This document shows, piece after piece, positions 33,796-48,035 of a stretch of 64,000 nucleotides of DNA. Source of the stretch: Amoebidium appalachense (lineage: Eukaryota; Protista; Ichthyosporea); assembly GCA_963693365.1 (NCBI GenBank), contig CAVNZM010000006.1:1488001-1552000 (forward strand). The letters are read 5' to 3'. The notes under the pieces are model-generated. The model saw nothing but the letters and a program-made list of their open reading frames with translations, searched no databases and was not told the origin of the DNA. Numbering within the stretch: position 1 is the stretch's first letter; the number at the start of each line of letters is the position of its first letter. Both the position numbers and the translations under genes were made by a program.

Positions 33796-34463
33796 CGTCT
33801 AGTGCCGTGCCTGCACAAGTGGTGCAATCTGCAGGTTGAGGCCGGCAATCTTGAAGCCCATGACCGGTCCTGTGCCACTGCCCGCACACCCTGCATTCTC
33901 TGCTCGGTGGATGTCAGGAGGTACCCACCCTTTCAACCGAACTTACATCTCCTGTTTTATCCCTTCCCTGCTTTTAGAATTTAAGCAGCGATACTAGCAT
34001 CTGTTGTTTGCCTTTCCCCTCCCCCCCTCCCCCCCCCCCCCCACCACCACCACCACCACCACCCACCCACCCACCCGCCCGCCCGCCTGCCCACTTCCCA
34101 CAGACTTACTCTCTCCACTCTCCTAGCAAGTAGGGCAAGTGTAGCTTCTAAGTGCAAAATTCTCAGGGAAGGATGGATTGTACGTTGGGTTTTGCTTTCC
34201 CACCACACGGTTAAGGGGTTGAGGGAGACATCGTTGCCAGTGTGTGAGAGCTCACTTGCTGCACACAGGCAAGAGCTGGAGATGCATCTGTCGTCATTCC
34301 ACGGGGTGGAAACGGAGCTCATTGATTGGTCGCAACCCCTCGAGAGCCAGCGACATGTGGTCAAGGAGAGGGCCCTGGAGTGCCCCTGCGGTGCTCAGTT
34401 TGTACATCTCGACGAGCTGCAGATGCATCAGGTAGGCAGGGGGGAGGGGGCTGGAAGGGTGGG

Positions 34464-34515
<52 letters not shown>

Positions 34516-35282
34516 ATGTGGCGCGCAGGAAGGGCAAAAACCATGTGGAGATGTGGGGTGGAAGTAGGCTGGAAATGCGGGTGGAGGCTGGGGGCTAGGG
34601 GGGAGGTGGGGGGGGGGGGGGGGGGGATGAGAATTTAGGACGGCAATAAGGATGTGCGAGACGACGAGCACTACGTGTGGGTTTTTGCGGGAAAAATTCC
34701 TTGGGGGTGTTTCCACATAGGAGGGGACACGCGGGGGGTGGGGACCGGAGGAGGGGGAGGGGGGGGGGGGGGGGGGGGGGGGGCAGTCTCTACCTGCTTT
34801 TTCTTCCTTTCTTTGTTTAAACTGCGTTCCGGCCTGGACCTTTCTGTTGAACTCTTGCACCCATGCACACAGGCGCACTTGCATGCACACCCACCACCCA
34901 CCTTCTCATCCAATCACTGCCTGCAACAGAAAAAACAATGCATCTTTGCGATGATGTCCTCCAAATTAAATCTCCTCTCCACTGTTACATCCACTACTGT
35001 TATCCCGCTGCCCCCACCCCCCAGGGGCCCCACAACCACCACCACCGCCGCCACTTCCTTCCTCCCTCCTATTAAGTAAATTTCACTTCATGCATACGGC
35101 ACTGATCCCCCCCCCCCCCCCCCCCCCCCCTTCCCCTCCCCTCCCCCCTGGCCTCTCGGTTGCAGCTTACGGAGTGTCCGGAGCTGGCACACACCTTCCA
35201 GAGTGAAAGCAGCCCGGCAATCAAATGGACCCTCACCGACCAAGACGGCAACACACGCGACATATCTTTAGATGATTTGTGA
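24638..35282 (+). CDS. UFD1-domain protein: Cys-rich finger, CCCH finger, UFD1 N-domain, PPC-like beta domain and TRAF/XAF1-like zinc fingers (about 723 aa from ATG 24667; true start may lie upstream)
   Basis: 17 phase-consistent exons: 24638-24744, 25109-25250, 25458-25543, 26151-26322, 26872-26941, 27649-27821, 28424-28606, 29055-29184, 29471-29549, 30297-30399, 31061-31173, 31670-31877, 32154-32260, 33210-33332, 33796-33920, 34269-34431, 35166-35282. UFD1 motifs: GDKLLLPPS, HGGVLEFTA, KGTFVKLQP, LRKYQTLTEG, AISIIDTDL. PPC-like motifs: GDPDLYVS, VYVGVRG. Fingers: CQNC..HEIHC, CATC..H..H, CEC..H..C, C..WC..H..C. Confidence 0.9.
26545..26745. repeat. Intronic tandem triplication, unit of about 68 bp
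   Basis: agctgRgagacggatggtgtgggtgtt..gattttc..ggcccc occurs three times. Confidence 0.85.
29945..30332. repeat. Triplicated splice acceptor and exon start, separated by poly-G
   Basis: agggattgggccggtgcttgttgccgggcaccggatc at about 29955, 30160 and 30295. Only the third copy continues as the exon. Confidence 0.85.
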
Positions 35283-36073
35283 TTGGCTGGTTGATCCCTG
35301 GTGGAATGCAAATCATGAACCATGCAGCCATGATGGCATGAACCTCATATGGTTCCTTTTTTGTGTGTTTTTTTTTAAGGGTTTGAACTTAGGTTTTTTT
35401 TTATAGAAAACAGTGTTAAATAGAATCTGATTTGTGAAGGCAAATTTTTGAATGATGCTTTTGAATATATCTTGAGTTCGGTTTTAAATTTGACGCTTGC
35501 CGTTTTATACTCCGTGAACCGATTGTGTTATAGGCTACATCTATCTCTCTGCTGCCTCCATTTATGTAGGATCATAAATGTCTCCTGTTGACTGGCTGCA
35601 TTTGCAAAGTATGTAGTTTGGCTGTATTCTTCCTAATTCAGTAGGTTGTTGTTTGGTTGAAGATCCATAGATTCCTGGCCCACTGGGATGGGAATTACTT
35701 ATTATCAAACTGTATACTTTTCTCCTGGCATTAAGGTTTCAAATTCACATGCGAGTAGGAGCTTCCTGTATGGTAGTGTAGGTACGCGCGATGTGGAGTT
35801 TTGAGACAATTCTTGTTCACATCTGAATTTTAGAATCAAGTTGTTACATGTGCAAATCCTTTAACGGAAAGAAATAAATTTTGCTCATGGTCAGCCAGCA
35901 GGAAGTCCTTGTATGGCTGTAAGGCGATATCGTTATGCATAAGCTTTCGAAGAATCGCAAAGAACGTTGGCGCTGCCAGGTGTGCGTGTGGACGTCTGTA
36001 ACCGTGTAATTGGTTGTCTGCACCCTTGTGCGTGCAGTGCATATTTACTGTACACGCTGCTATTTACTGTACA

Positions 36074-36350
36074 CGTGCTATACAGTGGAGATCTAATAAG
36101 TACAAGGTGGCATCGTTTACATGCCCAAACAACACACACACACACCAGTTTAAACGATCATGTATCACCAAATGTAGTTTGATAGACCACATAATACCGC
36201 AACACACACACGACACATTCACAACAGACACCCAGAAAGATAGCCTACCTGAAAATTACAACATCCTTGATTTTATACTAAACACACGTAACTATGACCT
36301 GTTTATTAGATGTATTGATTGGCTTGAGAAACACATCATTACAAAATTCT

Positions 36351-36437
<87 letters not shown>
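36074..36437 (+). mobile_element. Probable 5'-truncated non-LTR retrotransposon (ORF2 C-terminus) with a (CA)n tail
   Basis: The AT-rich open frame RAIQWRSNK..TCP..FKRSCITKC..NILDFILN..KF* ends at TAG 36350-36352 and is followed directly by about 85 bp of (CA)n. The pattern resembles my recollection of fungal/protist LINE ORF2 C-termini; not searched. Confidence 0.5.
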
Positions 36438-36438
<1 letters not shown>

Positions 36439-37847
36439 AGCTGATACCGAGTGTCCCAGGAGAGCCCGAAAAAAAGAAAGAAAAAAAAAAGAAGAAAAAA
36501 AAACGGGGAACCCAACTAATTGGTTTTTTTAGTCTTTATGGTACCTCGTAGAGAAAGTAAACCCTGATATATAATCATCACCCGACATCTATGTACTTGG
36601 TCATGATATACCGCTGAGGGCATATTCCGAGCAAAACCCCCCCCATACCTGAGACTGGTCTCTCTTTGCCTCGAGTAAACAGCGTAAACCCCCCCTGTTT
36701 TTGCTTGTACAGTCCTACATACGTGTTCAAGTTCGGATGCTCAAACCAGCACAGCAGCTATTAGTAGTGATGATTTACTAAGATGTGGTATTCCATTGCA
36801 AGAATAATGCGAGTCCCAATTTGCATAAGGCAGTTGCTGAGAAAAATTAACTCGTTTGTCGTGATGCCTGCACTTGGCAGTGTTTAATACTGTAGATTCG
36901 TGCTGCTGTTCATGTAATGCACCCAACCTGGTCCACGCTCCTACTTTTTCTTGATTTGTGTTGCTTCATTGTGTTACCAAAAAACGAAGGCACATACGTA
37001 TACCCGGATGATAATTATGCTGATGCCGCGGCTGCAGACGCGCTTTCGTCCATACCTCATCGCAAACACATTTCTATTACTTACTAACGGTAATTAGCCG
37101 CCCTGCCAAAACACTTGTCTACGGTTTTGCGTGTGCGCCTTCCGGCACGCACACGCACACACACACACACAAACACACACAGGTCACATGCGTCCACTCG
37201 AGCCACAAACGTTAACGCTTGTACAAGCTGCACAGTGAGTTAAAACGTCACAGAGTATTTATTCTTATGAAACAACAAAAAGTTAGGAATGTGGTACAAT
37301 CACACTTGAACACATGCCATGTCAACAGAGCCGCCATGCACAAAGCAGACCTTTTTTTGAGGTGGAGAGGAGGGGGGGGGAGGGTATATGCATTCTCGTC
37401 ATGTGGGCCATACATGGCATAGTCTGTTGAACATTCACTAACAGGGCCTGTCGAAGCTACCGCTCTATCTTTTTTGGACTTAGAACCGTGTTATCTTACA
37501 TACAAGGTTCGGGACAGCTGTTCGGGACCGTCACCCTCGAGGTGCATGTCCGCAAGCAATCACTGAGCTATTTTTATACTCGATTGAGTATGTACTTTGA
37601 CTCACATCATACGGAGTCGAATAGGATATGTAGTAGTCATTTGACAATCCGTAGCCTAGCCGGGTCCATGGGCATGGGAATGATGCCGACAGGCACAGAT
37701 GTTACCGTTGTTGAAGTTCCACTAGCATACAGTACCTTTCAGCACATACACGAAATCTACCTCATCAGCTTTTGAATTCTATTACCTCATTCATTTGCAG
37801 CTTCAGCATTCACAATATTTCCGTACCCCTTTGTACTATATACGTCA

Positions 37848-38330
37848 TTAGCTATTCCGGCCTTGTGCTGTCTGCCCATCAAGTAAGTGCGGCGCAAAAG
37901 CAGCCTTGGCCACACCCACGACAAATTCCACATCCGTGCCTTTGAAAGTATTTTTCGGATTTGAAGTGAACGTTGAACAGTCTACCTCAAATTCATTCTC
38001 ATCAGCGTCCTCAATCTCATCGTATTCAATCACACAGTCGTCTGGCTCCACATGTTCCATAGGCTGAGTACCGAAAAACAGATTTTGCCGGAGACGTGGG
38101 GAAGGTTGGGGACAGAAACTGCCGGCCATTTTGCTTCCTGAAGGCAAGCTAAAGCACTCACGAAGGGGCAACTTATCGAAGGAGCGGCGAAGGACACCTA
38201 CGTTGGGGCTTTTGGGGCGTGCGGGTGTGCCCTTTGGAGTTTGGAGCTCGCTTGGCCCCGGTGGTGAGTGGAAGCGGATCTCTGTCAGCCGATCAACACT
38301 GCTCTTACGCTTCAGAGGGATAGGCCTCAT
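37848..38330 (-). CDS. Intronless 160-aa protein of unknown function (basic Ser/Pro-rich N-half, acidic centre)
   Basis: Clean ATG-to-stop ORF in non-repetitive DNA with ordinary composition. No domain recognised. Confidence 0.6.
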   Translation of the reverse strand: MRPIPLKRKSSVDRLTEIRFHSPPGPSELQTPKGTPARPKSPNVGVLRRSFDKLPLRECFSLPSGSKMAGSFCPQPSPRLRQNLFFGTQPMEHVEPDDCVIEYDEIEDADENEFEVDCSTFTSNPKNTFKGTDVEFVVGVAKAAFAPHLLDGQTAQGRNS

Positions 38331-39595
38331 TTTGGTAAACCGATGGTCTTTCTAGTTCTAGACTCTTTTTGACGCTGTTTTCTTGGCGTTGGCCGAGCTG
38401 TTTTTTCTTTTTCCTAGAAATGCTGATTCTGCAAGCAGATCTACAGCTGTTGATGTTGCCGATCTAGAGAGCTCACAGGGCCGACAGACAGGCCTCTAAC
38501 CTGCACGCATGCTCTATGCTGTACAAGAAAGAGTGAAGAAAACTATCTGGCTTAAGAGTGATGCGAACAGTATGCTAATGTTTGTCACGGCCAACCCAGG
38601 CACGCCAAAGTGCAAGTATGTCACTGGTTGAGGCAGCTACTGTTGGCCCCTAGCTATAGGGCCTGCACTACGCGGCGCCCAGAGGATCGAATGCACCAGG
38701 CGACAGGCAACACATGATCCACAGCCAGTCAAAACACACTTTCGGCGTTGTCAGAGGAGTGTAGACCTATCGTCACGCACCCGCTAAAATCCTAACAGGT
38801 AACACATCCATTCTAAGACAAGTATTTCAATGATTATGGCAGAAATTCAATCATTTTGTTGCCTTTTCTTTGTATTACGAGTTAACTTTTACATTGCTCC
38901 TCTTGTGTTTGTAGGTCTGATGTGAACTCACTCGACCAGGGCTGATAAGATATTTATATCACGGTTGCTCAGCCTGCCACAGTACATGTGCCACCGTGCG
39001 CGGCCACTCCAGTTTCCTTGTTCCAGCTGTTGCATATAACCGGGTAGGTATACATACCTGAAAACGATACACACTATAGGCATTGCAATTAGCTTCACGT
39101 TGTTTACTTATTGATTTCTATATAGGTTTTATATGCAGTGTTCATTTTGGATCGAGAACAACCCAGCCAGGCACGAACGAGCTATCTCTGATTGGATAAA
39201 TGCGCATCGTGAAATATGTCGCAAGAGATCAGTGAACTTAGCATTTTTTCGGGTACCGGTATGTTGAGCCGGGCCGCAGGGAGACAGTCACCCAAAGTGA
39301 CTACATTTTTTCACCCTTTTTGATATGTTCATGTGAAGTATTTTGTGCATTTAGCTTGTTGATTCGTCAAATGTCACGTTGACGTAAAGGCACCTTTGTA
39401 GGGGTTGGCCAACTTGATTTGTGCGTGCGAGCACCGGCCGGGTCACAAGTTGTGGCTCCCTTCAAGTTTCAAGTGACTTGGTCGCAGGGTAACCACACTT
39501 GAGCGAGCGTGGGTTCGCTCATTGCCTATCATGACTGACTCATGAACATAGTTTTGATCTCCGCGCGCCAACTTCAAAAGAGAATGATCAAGAAG

Positions 39596-40302
<707 letters not shown>

Positions 40303-40636
40303 AAGGGTTGCATTCATGTGAGTGAGGCTAGAGGCGTCATGGTGTGATTAAAGGGTTGCGTTCGTGTGAGTAAAGCTGGAGTCGTGACGGTCATATAATA
40401 TTGATATTAATGAAAATTGGCATAGTCAGTACATTTGTCGTTACGAGTGAAAGGTATAATTCATTTAGCCATGTTAATAGTACAGTATGCAGAGAAGCAG
40501 GATTCCAATTTACACAGAATACTGTCAGGCTAACTAGAGTGGCCTTTTCTGAGGAAATTCAGGAAGCGTTTTGGTGCAAAATCAAAAATTTCCTGTGAGT
40601 GAAAGGAGAATTGAGAGAGAAGGGGGGGAGGGGGAA

Positions 40637-40671
<35 letters not shown>

Positions 40672-41417
40672 AACTTGTGATTGCGCACCAGCTGGATATA
40701 CACACATGTGTAGTGATGTAACATGTTTATTAGAGAACGGCTGTAGGTAGCTCCGGATCCCAGCGGGTACCCACCCAAAGACGGCTGTAAAGCATTAAGA
40801 AACCACCAAAAAACCTTAAAACTTTCAATTACTCCCAATGGATATATGCCCTCTATTGCTATTCACTATGGTATCATTGTGCATGGGACAAATGAATAGC
40901 TGTGAAACCGGCCGGTGGAACAACTTGTACGACACTGTTTTGTACCTTTATGATGTCTGTGGCTCTTTTATTTTTTCCTCGAGTTTTCGATGCCACACTT
41001 CCTTAGATCAGATTAAGTAACTGTACATGTTAGGGATGCGTTGTGGGCACCCTCAGTAGGCGTTCATTTTGAATTGACAAGGATGATGTTCCTGATCATC
41101 CACATAAAAAGTGATGCCATGAGTTGAAATCCTACAATCAGAACAAGTTTGGAGGATCTCGGCCTCGGCGAATCTGTACCAGTGTTCAATACTTACTAGA
41201 GCGAGATGTTTCTCAGCAAATGTAGTAAATTTAAAATTTAGCTGAACTGATTAGGCAACACAAGAAAACCCATTCCTTTAGATGTGCCTCATATGTATTG
41301 TACATCAATCTACATGTCCGTCTTCATGCCACTTTTAAAGCCCACCCCGGGACTACATTCGTGCATTGCGCAATTGCTTCAAGCGAAATCTGGTTGTACA
41401 GCTACAGGCGAACAGTT

Positions 41418-42784
41418 CTAGACGTGGAAGCTCTCAAAGACGATGGTCAGCTTGGGGTTGGGATTGCTGTTGCAGTGGCCATGACGGTTGGGAATGTCGG
41501 ACTCACGGTACACCCAGCCCCACCGTCCCACCATGGAGAGCTGGGTAGGGGACGGTGTCAGTGCATAAGTCGGAGAAATGATAAGCCAGGTTGCAAGGCC
41601 GTGTTTTGAAGGCTTCAAAAAAATAAAAGCATTATGGGTTTATTCCCTCTGTGTAGGATGTATTGGGCCACGCAATGTGTTGAATACATGTGCGCCGAAG
41701 GGGACCCGGGGGGGGAGGTGGGGAAGAGGAGGGGGCCGGGGGGCGGAGGAGGGGGGGGGATTAAACAGGAGGTTGTAGTGACAGGTGGGTGGTGCAGGAG
41801 GGGGGGGGGGGGGGGGGGGGGAGTAAGGAGGGGGGGGGGGGGGGGGGGGGGGGGGAGGGGGGCCGGGGGGAGGGGGAGACTACTATAAGATACTGAGAGA
41901 GCTTGTATAGGACTGCGGGGCCCCTCGATCAGGCGGACCCAGGGGCTGAGGGGTCGGGGGAGGGGTGGGGGAGGGGGTGGGGGGCGGGGGGAGGGAGGGG
42001 GGGGGAGAGGGGTTGCAGCTGGAAAGGTATGTGAGATGGCAGGCAAGCAAAGAAACAGCAGGCTATTGGTCGCTGTGTATGCAGGTCATGATGTTTAGTT
42101 AGGAGCACACAAGGATCAGCCCCATACCTCTATCTCGGTGAAGTCAGCATCGCCCAGGGCTGCCTTGAACTGCCGGGCAATGTCCTGGGGGCATGCGGGC
42201 CATGCAACACCACCGGCCTACAATGGGGCATTCATTGTGTTAGTGCTGGGTGTGACTTGTCCAAACATCCGATAGATTAGAAGCAAAAAAATCTTAGTTG
42301 CAGGTTGTACCTGACTGTTCGCAACAGAGCACGTTTCTCTATGCCCTTCCTGTACCCACTTTCTGACACTCGAAAAATTTCTCAGTGCACCGGGCACATC
42401 CCCCATTATTTTGTTTTTGCAGGTGCGTGAAATTTGAAATTACAGTTTCACTAGTCTTAGTTATGTGTGCATGCATACATGGAACAGAGAATTTATTTTC
42501 AGGTCATGGTGTGCACTTGTGCACTACATATGCTTTGGAAAGGTGACGATGGCCCTGACCATGTAGCCTGCACCCGTGTCCACATGTACTTCATGGCTCG
42601 ACTCCTGAAGCAGGAAGAGAGATATGTAGTGGACTCTCAAGCACCAATTATGCGAGTCAGGAACACCTACCAGAACCCCGTAGCTCTCCCCGTCCGTAAG
42701 TGGCAGGCGGCCAGTTAGCACTGCCCTCACCTTTTCCTTCAGGTTGGGGATCTTGCGACCCTGCACCTGTGTGCGTGTGTGTGT

Positions 42785-42827
<43 letters not shown>

Positions 42828-43133
42828 GGGGGGAGGAGGGGGGGGCATTTACGTTGCTCATCAGCTGTGCACCGTACTGCAAACGTTCCTATGTTAATAA
42901 TCCCCATGACACTCCATTCACCTGTCCTTCCTCTCATATGTCTTTGGCGACGTGGCTGTACAGAGGGTGAGGGCTACATGATGGTGTGGGGCGGATGAAT
43001 GAGACAGAGGATGCCGGGCAGGGGGAAAATAAATGATGGGGACGGAAATGGTGTCCAATCACTTTCTTGGGAGGTCTGCTAGTGAGGCAGGGAGAACAAG
43101 AGGTGGTGAAGGTGCGGGCCCCAGGGGATGAGT

Positions 43134-43164
<31 letters not shown>

Positions 43165-43638
43165 GGGGAGGGGGGGGAAGGGGGGGGGGGGGGGGGGAGG
43201 GGGGAGGAAGGGGGCGGGGGAGGGGGGGGGGGGAGGGGGAGAGGGAGGGGGGGCACGCACCGTAGCGGAGGCCAAGATATTAACAAGGTTGTCAAAGACC
43301 GAGCCACCGCGGGTAGGGCACGACTTCATCAGGCGGCCAGTGAAGGCCCACAGGTTGCTACTTTGGGCCATGCGTTGGGCAGTGATGTAGTCCTGGTTTT
43401 TGCGCTGCATCGCTGGTGCAAGAAGGAATTAGTACAAAAATTTAACCATGTACCAAAGTTCCGAATGATGTTTAAGTTGGGGGAGACCAATTTAGTTGGT
43501 GGGTAGCATAGGGTCTCAGCGGGCGCGTGCGAGTGTGTGTGTGTTTGTGCGCGCGCGCGCATGTGTGTATGTGTGTGTGTGTGTGCGGTTGTGGTGGTGG
43601 TGGTGGTGGTGGTGCTCTGGGTGGGGGGAGGGAGGGAG

Positions 43639-43669
<31 letters not shown>

Positions 43670-44933
43670 AGGGGGGGGGGCTGAGAGAGGCGGAGGAGAA
43701 GGAGGAGGGAGAGGGGGGGGAGGCTGAGAGAGGGGGAGGAGGAGGAGGAGGGAGAGAGGGGGGTGGAGGGTGGGGGGGTAAAAACATGTTACGGAACACG
43801 ACGTACACATTCACGAAGGACACCACAATTCTGATCTTGATGTGCAGGAGAGAGCACACACTACGAAATATCTTTTATGCGTAGAGCCGGCCTCAGGGGA
43901 CCAAAAGTCATCCTCTTTTACCCTAGTCTCGACACGGGGGGCGGGGACAGGGGGGGGGGGGGGGGAGAGAGGGGGGGAGGGGGGGAAGGGGGGGAGGGGG
44001 GATTAGAAGAATGGCCAGGCTACTTCGGGTGGGTGGGTGGGGTCGGGTGGAGGTTTGGGGGGGGGGGGGGGGGGGGGGGATGGGGCAGGAATAAGGGCAA
44101 AAAGGACAGCGGATAGATACCATCAAATGAGTCCTTGCGGTGGCGCTCAAAGTCCTCGTGCATGGTGCGCATGGATGCCTGTGGGTCCTGCATGACGTCG
44201 AGGGTGTTGGGGTAGCTGCCCTCCCCATCCCGCAGGTGCAGCATGGCCTGCACCAACATCAGCCACCGCAGCTGCCCTGAAACCTCGGGCTCACCAACAA
44301 GCTGGAAGAGTGCTCGGCAGTTCTGTGGGAACATGATTAGCACTTGTGAAAGCTGAATAGTGGTTGTATTAGCATAAAGAGGCACAATAACGTGCTAAAG
44401 ATGACTCCAATAACGTGATAAAGATGACTGACCGTGTGATAACTTAAGTAACCACGGTACTGCTACAGAATTCGCACTCTTCTACCCTAACGAGCATCTT
44501 ACCTGCTTTACCGACGACCAAAAACAACAGGGGTATGGACATGGTCTACATAGGTGGGGTGGCGGATGGGGAACACAAGTGAACTGTAGCAGAGTAGGCT
44601 CCGGAAAAGAAAACCACCAGTGTGTGTGCGTGTGTGTGTGTGTGTGGGAGGGGGGGGGGATCGGATCGGGAAGTTTACCTCAGTGATCTTGGCCAGCTCC
44701 AGGTCGACCAGCCAGTCCAGGAACACGTCGTTCTGGGGGCCTTCCCCATACATCTTCAGTGGCCGGGGTTCATACTTGGCATCCTCCTCTGGCCCCTCAC
44801 TCTCGGGCCCATCCTTGCACTTGGTGGCTGTGTGGGGAGATTGGTGGTCAGGTGGACGGATTGAATGCTGGCATTTGGGTTGGGGAGGAAAAAAGCACGT
44901 AGCGGGCAGCGCATGGTTTTTTTTTTTTTTTTT

Positions 44934-44964
<31 letters not shown>

Positions 44965-45626
44965 GGGGATAGATATGGATAGATGGAAGGGTACATCTGT
45001 GTGTCACAGAGATGGCCGGAAGCTGGCAGGGAGGAGGAGGAGCAAGGGAGGCAATATCGGAGTTGAATAGACATAGAACAAGTATCAGGTTTTTTATATG
45101 ACGCAGTGAGACCGGAAAGAACTAGAGAGCACGAGGCTGACGAAGCTGGCAGGGGAGGAGCAAGGGAGGCAGTATTGGAGTTGGATAGACATAGAACAAG
45201 TATCACTTGTACGTCTTGATTGCAAATGTCAAGGGCAGGAAAGGGGAACATGGGGGGGGTGGGGGGGGGGGGGGGGGGGGGGGGGTTCAAAAGGGGAAAA
45301 TGGGTGAGGGAGACTTTGATTCCCACGTACAGCGAGAGAGCCTGGGGGGGAGTGGAGGGGGGGGGGGGGGGGGGGGGGGGGCAGAGAGAGGGAGGGAGGG
45401 AGGGAGGAAGGGAGGGAGGGAGGGAGCGAGGGAGGGAGAGAGGGAGGAAGGGGTAGGGGAGGGAGGGGGGGAAGGGACAGGGGAAGGGGGGGAGGGAGGT
45501 AGGGAGGGAGGGAGGGGGGAGGGAGGGAGGGAGGGAGGGAAGGGGGAGTGGTTCTGGGGGGGGGAGGGAGAGGAGGGAGGGGAATCTGTATGGGGGGGGG
45601 GAGGGGGGGAGAAGGGGAATCTGTAT

Positions 45627-45671
<45 letters not shown>

Positions 45672-47088
45672 AGGAGGGAGCTACACACCAATCTCGTCAG
45701 CCAGCCTCTTTGAGGCCACACCCAGCTTGAACCTTGCCCACGCCTCAAACTGCTTCTCCTTCTTTGAGTCGTTGTGACTCAGTGCACACATGCCCCCGTT
45801 TGCAGCCCCCTCAGCCGGAGGAGGGCCGGTGGGACCATACATGAGCTGCTCAGTGACAGAGAGGGCAACGTGGTCGGTGGACTTGTAGTGTTCGGAAAGC
45901 TGCCGGCGCCACATCTCTTCCATAAGCGGCACTGTGAATGCTTGGCGGGCACATATGCTGCGGATGTGGGAGGAGAGGGCCTCACCCTGTGCAAACGAGG
46001 CCATAGCCCAGCCAATAACGGTGTAGAGGGACTGCATGACCTCCTTGGCGCGGCCTGGGGGTAATAGTACGTAATGGAAGGGTTAGACTATTTTATCATC
46101 AGTTTATAGGTGTGTGAATAGAGCCTCTGCAGGGGGTTGTGGATTAGAGAAGGGAGAGGCTGAGCAAGCATTGAGGAACGGAATGTGTAGCAGTGGTGGG
46201 TACCTATGGGTCATAGAAATTGAGAGAAAACGAGCCCCAAGGACGGGGAGGGAAACACTGTGAAGGTGGACTGGTGTGTGTGACAGATGCATTTAGTGTG
46301 TGCGTGTGCGCATATTTAAAAGGGGTAGGTCATTGCGTATTTTCATCCCGGGGGGGGGAGGGGGGTGGGAGCAAAAGGGGGGGGGGGGGGGTGGTGGGGG
46401 GAGGTGGGGGGGGGGGGAGGGGGGAGGGGGGCAGCTAGGGGACCCCGGGGGGGGAGGGGGAGGGGGGGCAGCTAGGGGACCCCGGGGGGGGGGGAGGGGG
46501 GGATTTTAGGTTGCAATTACTGCCGAACACCAGCAAAGAGCTGTTGGATAGGGCGGAGGGGTCATGCGAGCGGGAAGAAGAAGGAGGGGGGAGGTGGGGG
46601 GAGGGGGTTAAGGGAAGGGAGGGTTGCATGTCAGCGAATGTGGGTGTGGGGGACAGAAACATGTGGGAAGTCGTAGAGAGGGGTGGGGAGAGAGGGGGGG
46701 GGAGGGGAGGGATGGGGGGGAAGGTGGGTAAGGGTGGGGGGAGAGGGCGGGAGGAGGGTGGAATTCGGGACTTTCTGAGCTGAAGTGGCTCCTTCTTACC
46801 TGCAGGGGACTTGATAAAGGCCTCGTAGGGGTCTGTAGTCAGCTTGCCACTTGCGTAACTGCCCTTGGCCAGATACTCGAGCGCCTGATTGGATCCCGTC
46901 AGCACTCAGTCCAATAAACGAATGGAGAGCAACCCCTGAACCCGAAAACCTAGGTCCACAAAACGGCGGCGGCGGCGGCGGGGCAGGGGGGGGGGGGGGG
47001 GGGGGGGGGGGCAGCAGGATAAGAATAGGGAAGGTATACATCTCCGACCAAGTTATCACATGTGAGACTAGAATAGGAGGTGGTTCCA

Positions 47089-47124
<36 letters not shown>

Positions 47125-48002
47125 GGGGGGGGGGGGAAGAACGGGGGGGATGTGGGAAAGGGGAGGGAGGGGAGAGGGGGAGGAGGGGATGGGCGATGCA
47201 GTAGGAAACTCTTGTCTTTCAGTAAACGTACGGCACTTGCCGCGTGGGGAGAGGATGGGGAAAGAAAAGACCAACCTAATATCTGTGTGCCCGGTTGGGG
47301 AACCGCTGAGGGGTGGGGGAAAGATGGAGGGGTGGGGGGGAGGGAGAGGGAGTTGAAGGGTGGATTGTCAGAAACGTTTGGAGGGCAGAGAGGTGCTAAC
47401 ACCCTGCAGCTGGGTTGGGAGGGTGGGTGGGGGTTGATCGGGGAGAGGAATCACCAGAGGTTTCACAGCCTCACATAGGTTGGCCATGTTCTCAATGACG
47501 GTATTGGCCCACTCACTACTGAAGGTGCCCTTTGCACGCATGGCCAGCATCTGGCCGTAGATGGTGTACAGCGCAAGGTACTGGTCGGGCTTGAACCCCA
47601 TGGGGTCCAGCGTGAAGAAGAACCCCTGCACAAAACAGACGTCAGGCTGGGGTCAGAGGTCTAATAGGTAGTTGGCCCTGGTTGCCTGACCCAGGCCTAG
47701 GCCGAAATTTCGTGAGGAAAGGGGGGAGGGAGGGGAGGGAGGGGGGGGGCCTGGAAGCGAGAGGGAGGGAAAGAGGGGGGGAGGGGGGGGGGGGGGGGGG
47801 GGGGGGGCTGGAAGTGAGAGAACGAGAGAGAGGGGAAGGGGGGGGGGGGGGAGCTCGGAGAGAGAGATGGTAGGGGGATAGAAATAGAGCGAGACGGGGG
47901 GAGAGGGAGAGAGGGAGAGAAAGCGGGGGGGGGGGGGGGGGGGGGAAAGGAGAGGGGGAAGGGGGGGGGGAAGGAGGGAGGAGGGGGGAGGGGGGGGGGG
48001 GA

Positions 48003-48035
<33 letters not shown>

